Of a stretch of 35,121 bases of DNA, positions 1-6,976 are shown in pieces. Below the pieces are notes generated by a model. The model was given only the letters and a program-made list of their open reading frames with translations. It searched no databases and was not told where the DNA came from. The stretch is from a virus. Lineage: Duplodnaviria; Heunggongvirae; Uroviricota; Caudoviricetes. Both the position numbers and the translations under genes were made by a program. The DNA lies in IMG/VR virus record IMGVR_UViG_3300037419_002054, positions 1 to 35,121 of that record, one strand, 5' to 3'. The stretch's first letter is position 1. The number at the start of each line of letters is the position of its first letter.

Positions 1-8
1 GGAGGCCA

Positions 9-284
9 CTACTCCTGCGGTAGCTCGTACATCCTGCCCTGTGCCTCACCCCAGCCGACCTCCGGCTTCTCCCCCGCGGGGGCGTAGGTGATGTGCCAGT
101 AGTTCTCCGGGAGGATCACGTAGTCGCGGAACTTCAGATCCTCCCGCCCTCGGATGGGGTCGTGCACCCGGATGAAGATCGGCTTTCGGTCCGCGTACAG
201 GGAGATGGCCTGACGCAGCGACTCATCCGAGAGGATGAACGTCGAGAGCGCATTCCCGTTCACGAAGTTGACCGCGTAGTACAT
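9..284 (-). CDS. hypothetical protein (91 aa)
   Basis: ATG at 284 overlaps the thyX stop (TGATG); MYYAVNFVNGNAL... has normal composition; no family recognised. Confidence 0.65.
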   Translation of the reverse strand: MYYAVNFVNGNALSTFILSDESLRQAISLYADRKPIFIRVHDPIRGREDLKFRDYVILPENYWHITYAPAGEKPEVGWGEAQGRMYELPQE

Positions 285-1144
285 CACCACGACTGCTCCC
301 GGCGTGGGGGACGGTTGTCCCGCAGCTCGCGGAGATCCACGCCGCTGCGATTCTCGGCAGGGAACAGCTTCCGATACTGCTCCCACCCGTGGAAGTTGCC
401 GGACCAGCCCGGGGCATCCATCGCCCGGGCGCAGTGCTCGAAGGGGGACCAGTGTCCGGCGTCACGCAGCCGGTCGTGCAGGCGGAAGTCGTCCGCCACG
501 TTGATCTCGCCCTCGAACGTCAGGTAGGAGATCCGGGCGCAGCGCGCCGTCGCCACCCGAAGCCGCTCCGGCTCCGAGAGCTCGGGGGGCATGCGGTCCC
601 CGAACGGAACGTGCCACTCGCCGGCCGCAAGCGGCGTCGGGACGCTCTCCAGGAACGCGTCCAGCATCGGATACCACGCGAGATCCTGGAACTCGGGTTG
701 CGCATCCGCGTGCGCCCGGAGCGCGAAGAAGTTCTCCCACTCGGTCGCCGTGACCAGCGTGGTGATGTGAGAGAACGGCTCGATCAGGCGGTTCGCGATC
801 TGCTTGTGCACCCCGCGGGTGAGCAGCTCGTGCGTGAACCCGACGGCCGACCGCATCGCGGCCCGCCACGTCTCCGCGGCTCCGCGCGCTTCCTCCCCCT
901 GCAGCGCCGGCCCCGCTTGCATCCCGGACTTGGCGGTCCCCCACTCCACCGGCATGGCCGGGTTCGCCAGCACCGCCTCGATCATCTTGTTGACCGGGAT
1001 GGCCCGGCTCGAGGCGGCGTTGCGGGTGAAGACCCGGTGCGTCATCAGCTCCGCGTGGATGAAGCGCGGGTACGTGAGGACGAACGTAGTGATACGCTTC
1101 CCCCACGGACCCACGCTGTCGGCGATGATCCTCGCCTCGATCAC
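284..1144 (-). CDS. thyX: flavin-dependent thymidylate synthase (ThyX/Thy1 family)
   Basis: YPRFIHAELMTHRVFTRNAASSRAIP (phage variant of the RHRxxSxxxxSxR motif), ARCARISY, GHWSPFEH; GTG start at 1144 overlaps the upstream TGA. Confidence 0.9.
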   Translation of the reverse strand: MIEARIIADSVGPWGKRITTFVLTYPRFIHAELMTHRVFTRNAASSRAIPVNKMIEAVLANPAMPVEWGTAKSGMQAGPALQGEEARGAAETWRAAMRSAVGFTHELLTRGVHKQIANRLIEPFSHITTLVTATEWENFFALRAHADAQPEFQDLAWYPMLDAFLESVPTPLAAGEWHVPFGDRMPPELSEPERLRVATARCARISYLTFEGEINVADDFRLHDRLRDAGHWSPFEHCARAMDAPGWSGNFHGWEQYRKLFPAENRSGVDLRELRDNRPPRREQSW

Positions 1145-2007
1145 GCGGAGCCTTCCGGCTTCAGCTCGGCGTGCATCCCCAGCTCCTCCCGCTCGATGAT
1201 CAGCTGGAGGAGGTACTTCGTCCCGTCCAGCATCTCCTCGAAGGCGTCGCGCAGCGCGTCGCGGCCGTTGTCGGCGCGGAGCGGCTCGCCGTACCGCTGG
1301 ATGCCGACCTCCTTCCGCTCCCTGATCATCTCGATCAGCCGGTCGGCCACCACGGGACCGCGGCCAGCGGGCTTCGGCTGGTCGCCGAGGACGCTGAACG
1401 TCCCCTGCGGGCTCTTGAAGCGGACGTGACCGACGTCCGGGATGGGCGCCACCTTCTCCGCCTCGTCGGCGGGCGGCAGGCCGGTCTTCGGGTACTTCTT
1501 CCAGTCGCGCTGACGCACGCCGGCCCAGGTCTCCTCCAGGATCTCCTGCGCGTCCCAGTCCATCCGGGTGCAGAAGTCCAGCAGGTAGATGAGGGTGTCG
1601 CCCACGGCGTCCTTGGCCGCGGCGCGATGCTCCTCCGGCGTCCCGCGGATGCCCTGCTTGAGCTTGAGCATCGCGTGCGCCAGCTCCCCGACCTCCTCGG
1701 TCACGCCGAGCAGCGCGTCCCGGGCGCGGTCCTCCGAGACCTCGGCCGAGAAGTTGTGGGCCTGCCACGCCCGGTGCTCGTCCTGCACGGTGCGGAGCGT
1801 CCGCGGTGCCGGGCGATGGGGAAGCTCGCCGCGGTGGTTCCGCAGCTTCTCCTCAATCTGGTCGAGCACCTTCTGGAAGGCGCTCACGCTCACACGCTCC
1901 GCCCCCGAGCGACGGACGCCCAGGTTCAGCTCCGCGAAGTAGTCGATCAGGCGGTCGAAGATGACGCGGGTACGCGCCACCTCCACCGCGGCGTTCAGGT
2001 CGGTCAT
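1141..2007 (-). CDS. MazG-like all-alpha NTP pyrophosphohydrolase with a second C-terminal pyrophosphatase-like domain
   Basis: EEVGELAHA...DAVGDTLIYL is the MazG-type ExxE/ExxD motif; C-terminal ERKEVGIQRYG...DAFEEMLDGTKY resembles phage all-alpha dNTPase modules; ATGA overlap and GAAGGA RBS at 2007. Confidence 0.75.
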   Translation of the reverse strand: MTDLNAAVEVARTRVIFDRLIDYFAELNLGVRRSGAERVSVSAFQKVLDQIEEKLRNHRGELPHRPAPRTLRTVQDEHRAWQAHNFSAEVSEDRARDALLGVTEEVGELAHAMLKLKQGIRGTPEEHRAAAKDAVGDTLIYLLDFCTRMDWDAQEILEETWAGVRQRDWKKYPKTGLPPADEAEKVAPIPDVGHVRFKSPQGTFSVLGDQPKPAGRGPVVADRLIEMIRERKEVGIQRYGEPLRADNGRDALRDAFEEMLDGTKYLLQLIIEREELGMHAELKPEGSA

Positions 2008-2501
2008 CGGTCCTTCATGCGGTACAGGAAGACTGCCACCTCCGTCCCCAGCAGCTTGACGGTCAGCTGGCCGAGGATGAGGGGGAGGATCGGGAACAGG
2101 CCGTAGAAGGCCACGGGGACGAAGATCAGCGTGTCGATGGGAAGACTCGCCACGTTCGACCACCGCATCCGTACGTGCGCCGGACGGTTCCAGAGGATCG
2201 AGAACACGTAGGTGTCGACCCCGAAGCTCACCACGTACGCGAGTACGCTCGCCAGCGCGACCCGGATCACCGAGAGATCCGCGGTGAGGAGGGTCGCGGA
2301 GATCCCGAGCACGAGAGCAGCCACCACCGCGCGCCGGCCGTGGTGCTCCTGCAGGCTGTCCCGGAGGAGCATCGCCAGCGGAACCACGGCGGCCCCGGCG
2401 GGAATCAGCATCCCCAGGACCGGGAACTTGTAGTGCGCCGCGAGCACGTTGCTCAGGAGCTCGAGGAGGCCGAACAGGGCGACGTAGACCGCCGCGCTCA
2501 C
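2004..2501 (-). CDS. VUT-family (YhhQ-like) queuosine precursor transporter
   Basis: 165-aa multi-TM protein with LLRDSLQEHHGRRA, GVDTYVF, SNVASLPIDTLIFVPVAF; directly downstream of queD with GTGA overlap. Confidence 0.8.
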   Translation of the reverse strand: MSAAVYVALFGLLELLSNVLAAHYKFPVLGMLIPAGAAVVPLAMLLRDSLQEHHGRRAVVAALVLGISATLLTADLSVIRVALASVLAYVVSFGVDTYVFSILWNRPAHVRMRWSNVASLPIDTLIFVPVAFYGLFPILPLILGQLTVKLLGTEVAVFLYRMKDR

Positions 2502-2974
2502 GGACGGAACTCGGCGTACGAGGTCGGCGTCTCCCACACCCCGATCGCGACGAGGTCGAGGGAGGAGACCGGGTGATCCGGGTCGACGAGGCGGGCCAGC
2601 TCCGCCGAGACGAGGCCGAACCAGTAGCGCGCCATCTCCTCGGCGGTCGGGATGCAGGGGACCTGCACGGCCGGGATACCGAGGCCGTTCAGCTCGCCGA
2701 GGAGCGGACCCTCGCAGAGGGGGTCGTTCACCCACAGGACGAGCTTGTGGTCGAAGCGTGCGTGGACCGCGGTCATCAGCGCCTGCTTGATGACGCCGAA
2801 GTCCGCCACCATCCCCGCGTCACTCCTCCCGGAGTCCGCCCCCACCGTCTCCTCGGCCTGCACGTGGGCGATGATCCGGTAGCGGTGGCCGTGGACGTTC
2901 TTGCAGTGGGACGCATGGCCGGGGACGCGGTGCCCCATGTCAATCCCGATTTCCTTCGTGATGCTGACGGGCAT
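2498..2974 (-). CDS. queD: 6-carboxy-5,6,7,8-tetrahydropterin synthase
   Basis: GHRVPGHASHCKNVHGHRY, DFGVIK, FDHK, PTAEEMA, WETPTS. Confidence 0.92.
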   Translation of the reverse strand: MPVSITKEIGIDMGHRVPGHASHCKNVHGHRYRIIAHVQAEETVGADSGRSDAGMVADFGVIKQALMTAVHARFDHKLVLWVNDPLCEGPLLGELNGLGIPAVQVPCIPTAEEMARYWFGLVSAELARLVDPDHPVSSLDLVAIGVWETPTSYAEFRP

Positions 2975-3395
2975 AGGTCTTGAGGTCTTCCAGGGTCGGG
3001 AGTTCGGGCAGCGGGAGGTCGTGACCGCTGCGGATGTTGCGGAGCCGGCGGTAGAGCAGCGCGCGGGCGACCGGGGCCGCGGTCTCCAGTGGCTGACCCT
3101 CCACCATCTCGACGAAGACGTCGTAGATCGTGCACCCCTCGGCGAGCCGGCGGAGCACGTCACTACTCATCAGGTTCTTGCACGCGCCGGGGGCTGCGCC
3201 ACCCTTTGAGCGAGCGGCGCAGACCTCGTTGAGCGTGTGAAGCTTCCCGGCGACGATCACGGGGCAGAGGCACCCCTTGCACTCCGGGGAAGACTTGCTG
3301 AACCGCTTCCCGAAGCACGGGTCGTCCGACTCCAGGAAGCGGTTGAACTTCTCGCTGTCTCCCCCGATGAGGATCAGATCCACGCCTTGTACCAC
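2940..3395 (-). CDS. hypothetical Cys-rich protein
   Basis: GTG at 3395 with GGAG RBS; PCFGKRFSKSSPECKGCLC...EVC motif; fills the gap between resolvase and queD. Confidence 0.6.
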   Translation of the reverse strand: MVQGVDLILIGGDSEKFNRFLESDDPCFGKRFSKSSPECKGCLCPVIVAGKLHTLNEVCAARSKGGAAPGACKNLMSSDVLRRLAEGCTIYDVFVEMVEGQPLETAAPVARALLYRRLRNIRSGHDLPLPELPTLEDLKTYARQHHEGNRD

Positions 3396-3925
3396 TGCTC
3401 CACGGGAACGGAGATGAACTCGTCGAAGGTGATGAACCTCACCCCCTCCTCGGGGACGAGGATCGAACGCCGCGCCGGCCTCTCCGTGAGGGGAGAGAGC
3501 GGTAGCCGATCGTTGAATCCGACGAGCTGCGGTCGGTTGTTCTGCTTGATGATGAGCAGCGGCCGCAGGAAGTCGAGACCCGCGGGGAGGCTGGCGCTGG
3601 CTTCCCGGGCCTCGGTGACGAGCTTCCGCCACCACAGGTACGGGATCGGCTCCTTGCCGGCGAACCCGGCCCACCAGTCGATTTCGCGATAGTGCTTGCA
3701 CTCCACCGCGAAGAACTGGCGGAACCGCTCCCCGGCCGGACCGTTGGGCGCCAGATCCCCGACCTGACGCCACGCCTCGTCCTTGCTCTCCCGCCGCGTA
3801 CCCCACCCGCCGCTGGAGACCGAGCGGATCAGCTGGGTGCGGTCCTGCCCCCCGGTGATCCATTCGGAGATCTGCTTCGCCACCTTCCGCTCGAACCCGC
3901 TGCCCTTGGCCTTCGGGTTCTTCAC
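3374..3925 (-). CDS. PD-(D/E)xK Holliday junction resolvase-like nuclease
   Basis: KAKGSGFER, GD and VECK motifs typical of Hjc-like phage resolvases; GTGA overlap with the recA-like stop. Confidence 0.8.
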   Translation of the reverse strand: MKNPKAKGSGFERKVAKQISEWITGGQDRTQLIRSVSSGGWGTRRESKDEAWRQVGDLAPNGPAGERFRQFFAVECKHYREIDWWAGFAGKEPIPYLWWRKLVTEAREASASLPAGLDFLRPLLIIKQNNRPQLVGFNDRLPLSPLTERPARRSILVPEEGVRFITFDEFISVPVEQWYKAWI

Positions 3926-5034
3926 TCGTCCTCCTCCCCCTCGGCGCCCTCGATCTCGGGGGCCGGCTCGACGCCGCGGGAGCGGAGCTGCTCGTCCGCC
4001 CACTCGATGAACCCGGGGTACTTCTCCAGCAGCTGCTTCGCCGACTGGTCCTGCTTCAGGAAGCCCTGCGCGGAAACGTGCGCCTTGATCCCGGAGTCCT
4101 CTCCCCACACGACGAGGTTCTGCCCGTGGTGCTGGATCAGCCCGAGGTCGAGGAGCACCTTCACGAGTCCGCTCGTCGGCTCGATCCGCATGTGGAACGG
4201 AATGGCGATCTTGATGGACCGCCACGGGGTCGTCAGCCGGTTCTTCGCGATGAAGGCCGTGATGATGACGCCCACGTACTCCCCGTTCGGCGCCTTGATC
4301 TTGGCCGGCGTGCGGAGGTCGATCCGGACGCTCGCCTGGAACTTGAGGCCCGAACCGCCCGGCGTGGTCGTCTGCGGACCGAACGCCATCCCGCCGATCT
4401 CCGCCGTCTTGTGGTTCGTCACGAGGTAGGCGAGCGGTAGATCGGAGATCTCCGTCCCGTTGACGCGGAACAGCCGCCGGATCTCCTGCGCCCGCGTCAT
4501 GTCACGCTTGCCGGGCTCCGCCAGCTCGTGATCCGTGCTGAGCAGGGCGAGCGAGTCCAGGACGAGCGCAGACACCCGCCGCTTCGACGGCCCCGCGGTC
4601 TTCAGGGACTTGGCCACCGCGCAGACCAGCTGCGAGTGCTCCGAGACCGTGCGGCTGCGCCGGTAGATCAGCGTATCGGTGTTGACGCCGATCGTCGAAC
4701 GGGTACGGTCCGCGCTGAACGCTCCCTCCGTGTCGTCCAGCACCGCGATCCCGCCGGTGGCCTGCGCCTCGGCCATCGCCAGCGCCATCAGGAAGGACTT
4801 CCCGGTGCTGTTGTCGCCGAAGACCTCGACGACGTGACCGCCCGGGTAGCCGAGGGAGAACTGGCCGGAGATGGCCCAGTTGAGCGCGTAGTTCCCCGTG
4901 GAGAGCCACCCGTTCACCTGCGCCGCCTCGGCCGCGGTCTGCACCCCCACCCCCTCCTTCTTCAGCGCCTGCAGGAAGGTCGTGGGGTCGAGGACGAGCT
5001 CGGGCTCGTCCCCTCCCTTCTGCTTCTTCTTCAT
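3922..5034 (-). CDS. recA: RecA/UvsX-like recombinase
   Basis: STGNYALNWAI, Walker A GDNSTGKS, Walker B LVLDSL, TTPGGSGLKFQASVRI, KNR. Confidence 0.9.
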   Translation of the reverse strand: MKKKQKGGDEPELVLDPTTFLQALKKEGVGVQTAAEAAQVNGWLSTGNYALNWAISGQFSLGYPGGHVVEVFGDNSTGKSFLMALAMAEAQATGGIAVLDDTEGAFSADRTRSTIGVNTDTLIYRRSRTVSEHSQLVCAVAKSLKTAGPSKRRVSALVLDSLALLSTDHELAEPGKRDMTRAQEIRRLFRVNGTEISDLPLAYLVTNHKTAEIGGMAFGPQTTTPGGSGLKFQASVRIDLRTPAKIKAPNGEYVGVIITAFIAKNRLTTPWRSIKIAIPFHMRIEPTSGLVKVLLDLGLIQHHGQNLVVWGEDSGIKAHVSAQGFLKQDQSAKQLLEKYPGFIEWADEQLRSRGVEPAPEIEGAEGEEDE

Positions 5035-5048
5035 CCGGTTCCCTCAGC

Positions 5049-6254
5049 TCAGAGTCCGAGGGCGGCGATCTGGCACTCGGCCCGGGACGGGCATCCGTCG
5101 CACGGGTGGCGCCGCGGGTCGAAGTCGCCGAAGCACGCGGGGTGGCCGGCCGGAGCCGCTTCGGGGGCCACGGGAGCCGCCGCCATCATCACCGGAGCGG
5201 CGACGGGGGTCGGCTGCACCGGCGCGGCCACCACCGGCTGGGGAACCGCCACGGGCTGCGCGGGCGGGGCGTACACCGGGGCCGCGGGAGCCGCGACCGG
5301 AGCCGCCGCGGGCGCCTGCTGGAGCCACGACGGCTCTGCGGTGAACTCGGACGGCTGCTCGGGCTCCGGGGCCGGGGCCGGCTGCACCGGCGGCGCGTAC
5401 ACCGGGGCCGCGGGAGCCGCGACCGGAGCCGCCGCGGGGGCGGAGTAGGTCGGGGCCGGGAAGCCCGGCTGCGGGGGCGGTGCGAACGCCGGGGGAGGCG
5501 ACAGCGGCTGCTGCGGGGCGGACGGCTGTCCCCAGCCCGCGGGGGCGCCGAACGTGTGCCCGGGAACGCTCGCTCGCGGCAGGTCGGGCGGGAAGCCCAC
5601 CTTGTCGAGGAACGCCTGCAGCTCCTCGGCCTCCAGGTACGGGTTCACCTGCGCCGCCAGCTCGTCCAGCTTCTCCTGCCACCCGGGCAGCTGCGCGAGG
5701 ATGCCGGTGATGTTCGACGCCTGCGGGTCCGGCTGGACCTTGTAGCTGTTGAAGCCGGTCTTGCTCTTCGCCGCGAGCGTCAGCTCGACGAAGAAGTTGC
5801 GGCCGGCCTCCGGCGAGAGGACGTCGCCCCACATGGGGTTCGCCGCGTACTCCAGGATGCCGTTGTACACGGTGTAGTTCGCCGTGTACTGCTGGACCCC
5901 CGCCTGGAGGTTGTTCATGTCGAGGATGTTCAGCAGGAAGCGGTCTACCCCGCGGATCTCGTTCGCCATCTTGGCGAGCGCGGGGTCGTCGCTCTTGCGG
6001 AACTTGAACCACACCTCGCACACCGGGCAGGTGGTCTTCTTGTCCCGGTAGCACCGCGTCACCTTCGTGTCCTCCCCCTCCTTCTTGAGGAAGTGGACCT
6101 TGAAGCTGTGCGCGATGTCCTCGATCTCCCCGCCGAAGTAGGCCGAGGCGGGCGGAAGCACGCGGATCAGGTTGTTGCCGTCCTTGGCCTGCCAGCCCGA
6201 CCCGCCCCTGCGGTTCTCCTGCTTGTCCTTCAGTGCCTTGAAGTTCAGCGCCAT
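5049..6254 (-). CDS. single-stranded DNA-binding protein (gp32-like) with Pro/Ala-rich linker and Cys-rich C-terminus
   Basis: WQAKDGNNLIRVLP, Zn-like CYRDKKTTCPVC, GRNFFVELT...YKVQPDP core; located between UvsY-like and RecA-like genes. Confidence 0.75.
   Translation of the reverse strand: MALNFKALKDKQENRRGGSGWQAKDGNNLIRVLPPASAYFGGEIEDIAHSFKVHFLKKEGEDTKVTRCYRDKKTTCPVCEVWFKFRKSDDPALAKMANEIRGVDRFLLNILDMNNLQAGVQQYTANYTVYNGILEYAANPMWGDVLSPEAGRNFFVELTLAAKSKTGFNSYKVQPDPQASNITGILAQLPGWQEKLDELAAQVNPYLEAEELQAFLDKVGFPPDLPRASVPGHTFGAPAGWGQPSAPQQPLSPPPAFAPPPQPGFPAPTYSAPAAAPVAAPAAPVYAPPVQPAPAPEPEQPSEFTAEPSWLQQAPAAAPVAAPAAPVYAPPAQPVAVPQPVVAAPVQPTPVAAPVMMAAAPVAPEAAPAGHPACFGDFDPRRHPCDGCPSRAECQIAALGL
5269..5438. 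repeat. exact 44-bp direct repeat (5269-5312 and 5395-5438) inside the SSB linker
   Basis: gcgtacaccggggccgcgggagccgcgaccggagccgccgcggg occurs twice, encoding PAAAPVAAPAAPVYA. Confidence 0.9.
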
Positions 6255-6283
6255 TCGGTTCTCGTCTCGTCGTCAGATTCGGT

Positions 6284-6724
6284 TTAGTGCTGCCACTCTT
6301 TGCGCTGCCGCGCGGAGAGTTGCACCAGCATGTCGCGCCGGTGCTCCAATCCGTTGACCAGTGCCTTCAGGCGGGCGGTGATCGCCTTCTGCGTGAAGTA
6401 GTGCTCCGCGGCCGAGACTACTTCCTGATCCGTCTCCACCTCTCGTTCGATACGGTTGGCGGGCATCGTCGCGTGGGCGTCCTTCGTCCGCTTGAAGGCT
6501 TCCGCGCGCTTGCGTTCCAGCATCCACTCCGCCCGGGCCTCTGCGACCTTCGCCAGCTCGTGCTGGGCGGAGGCGTAGGCAAAGAGGCCCGGGTGCCGCT
6601 CGAGAGTGCTCTCGAGGTTGGCGACGTTGATCCTACAAAGCTCAGACACCATCAGCGCAACTGCCGCGGGGGTCATCTGCGACAGCGCCTGCGGGTCGAG
6701 CCGCCGGCTCAGGTCATCCTGCAT
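6284..6724 (-). CDS. UvsY-like recombination mediator
   Basis: 146-aa helical protein ending KALVNGLEHRRDMLVQL; directly upstream of SSB and recombinase. Confidence 0.65.
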   Translation of the reverse strand: MQDDLSRRLDPQALSQMTPAAVALMVSELCRINVANLESTLERHPGLFAYASAQHELAKVAEARAEWMLERKRAEAFKRTKDAHATMPANRIEREVETDQEVVSAAEHYFTQKAITARLKALVNGLEHRRDMLVQLSARQRKEWQH

Positions 6725-6733
6725 CCCGTTGCT

Positions 6734-6877
6734 CTACTCCTCGTCGTCCCTGTCGTCTTCGTCGTCGAGGTCTTCCCACTCCTCGTCGTCGTCCCACTCG
6801 TTGTCCCAGTCCTCGTCCTCCTCGTCCCACTCGTCGTCGAGGTCCAGCTCCTCGTCGGTCTCGTCGAACAGCGCCAC
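6734..6877 (-). CDS. 47-aa hyperacidic peptide (below the ORF track cutoff)
   Basis: GGAG RBS, GTG start, MALFDETDEELDLDDEWDEEDEDWDNEWDDDEEWEDLDDEDDRDDEE, TAG stop; 33 of 47 residues are D/E. Confidence 0.75.
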   Translation of the reverse strand: MALFDETDEELDLDDEWDEEDEDWDNEWDDDEEWEDLDDEDDRDDEE

Positions 6878-6894
6878 GGTCGGTTCTCCGGAGT

Positions 6895-6930
6895 GAAAAG
6901 AAAGGGGAGGCCGGGGGCTCCCGACCTCCC
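6895..6930 (-). terminator. intrinsic terminator after the polymerase gene
   Basis: GGGAGGTCGGG-AGCC-CCCGGCCTCCC (11 bp, one G-U) followed by CTTTCTTTTC. Confidence 0.75.
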
Positions 6931-6976
6931 ACGAACGGTCGGTGAAGACCGTTGTCCCTGTTCGCGAATCGCGGCT

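Noticed and set aside
284..1768. N-terminal extensions in the ORF track (thyX from 1768, polA from 9514, TGT-A from 11298, clamp from 17681, loader from 21396 and others)
   Set aside because: Extensions are Arg/Gly/Pro-rich and overlap upstream genes; true starts coincide with ATGA, GTGA or TGATG overlaps or an RBS
5200..5520. Repeats in the SSB gene as a mobile element or att site
   Set aside because: In-frame duplication in a Pro/Ala linker with no flanking recombinase or target duplication
6700..6900. GAC/GAG-rich low-complexity tract as a tandem repeat or CRISPR-like array
   Set aside because: No fixed repeat-spacer period; explained by the acidic peptide's codons
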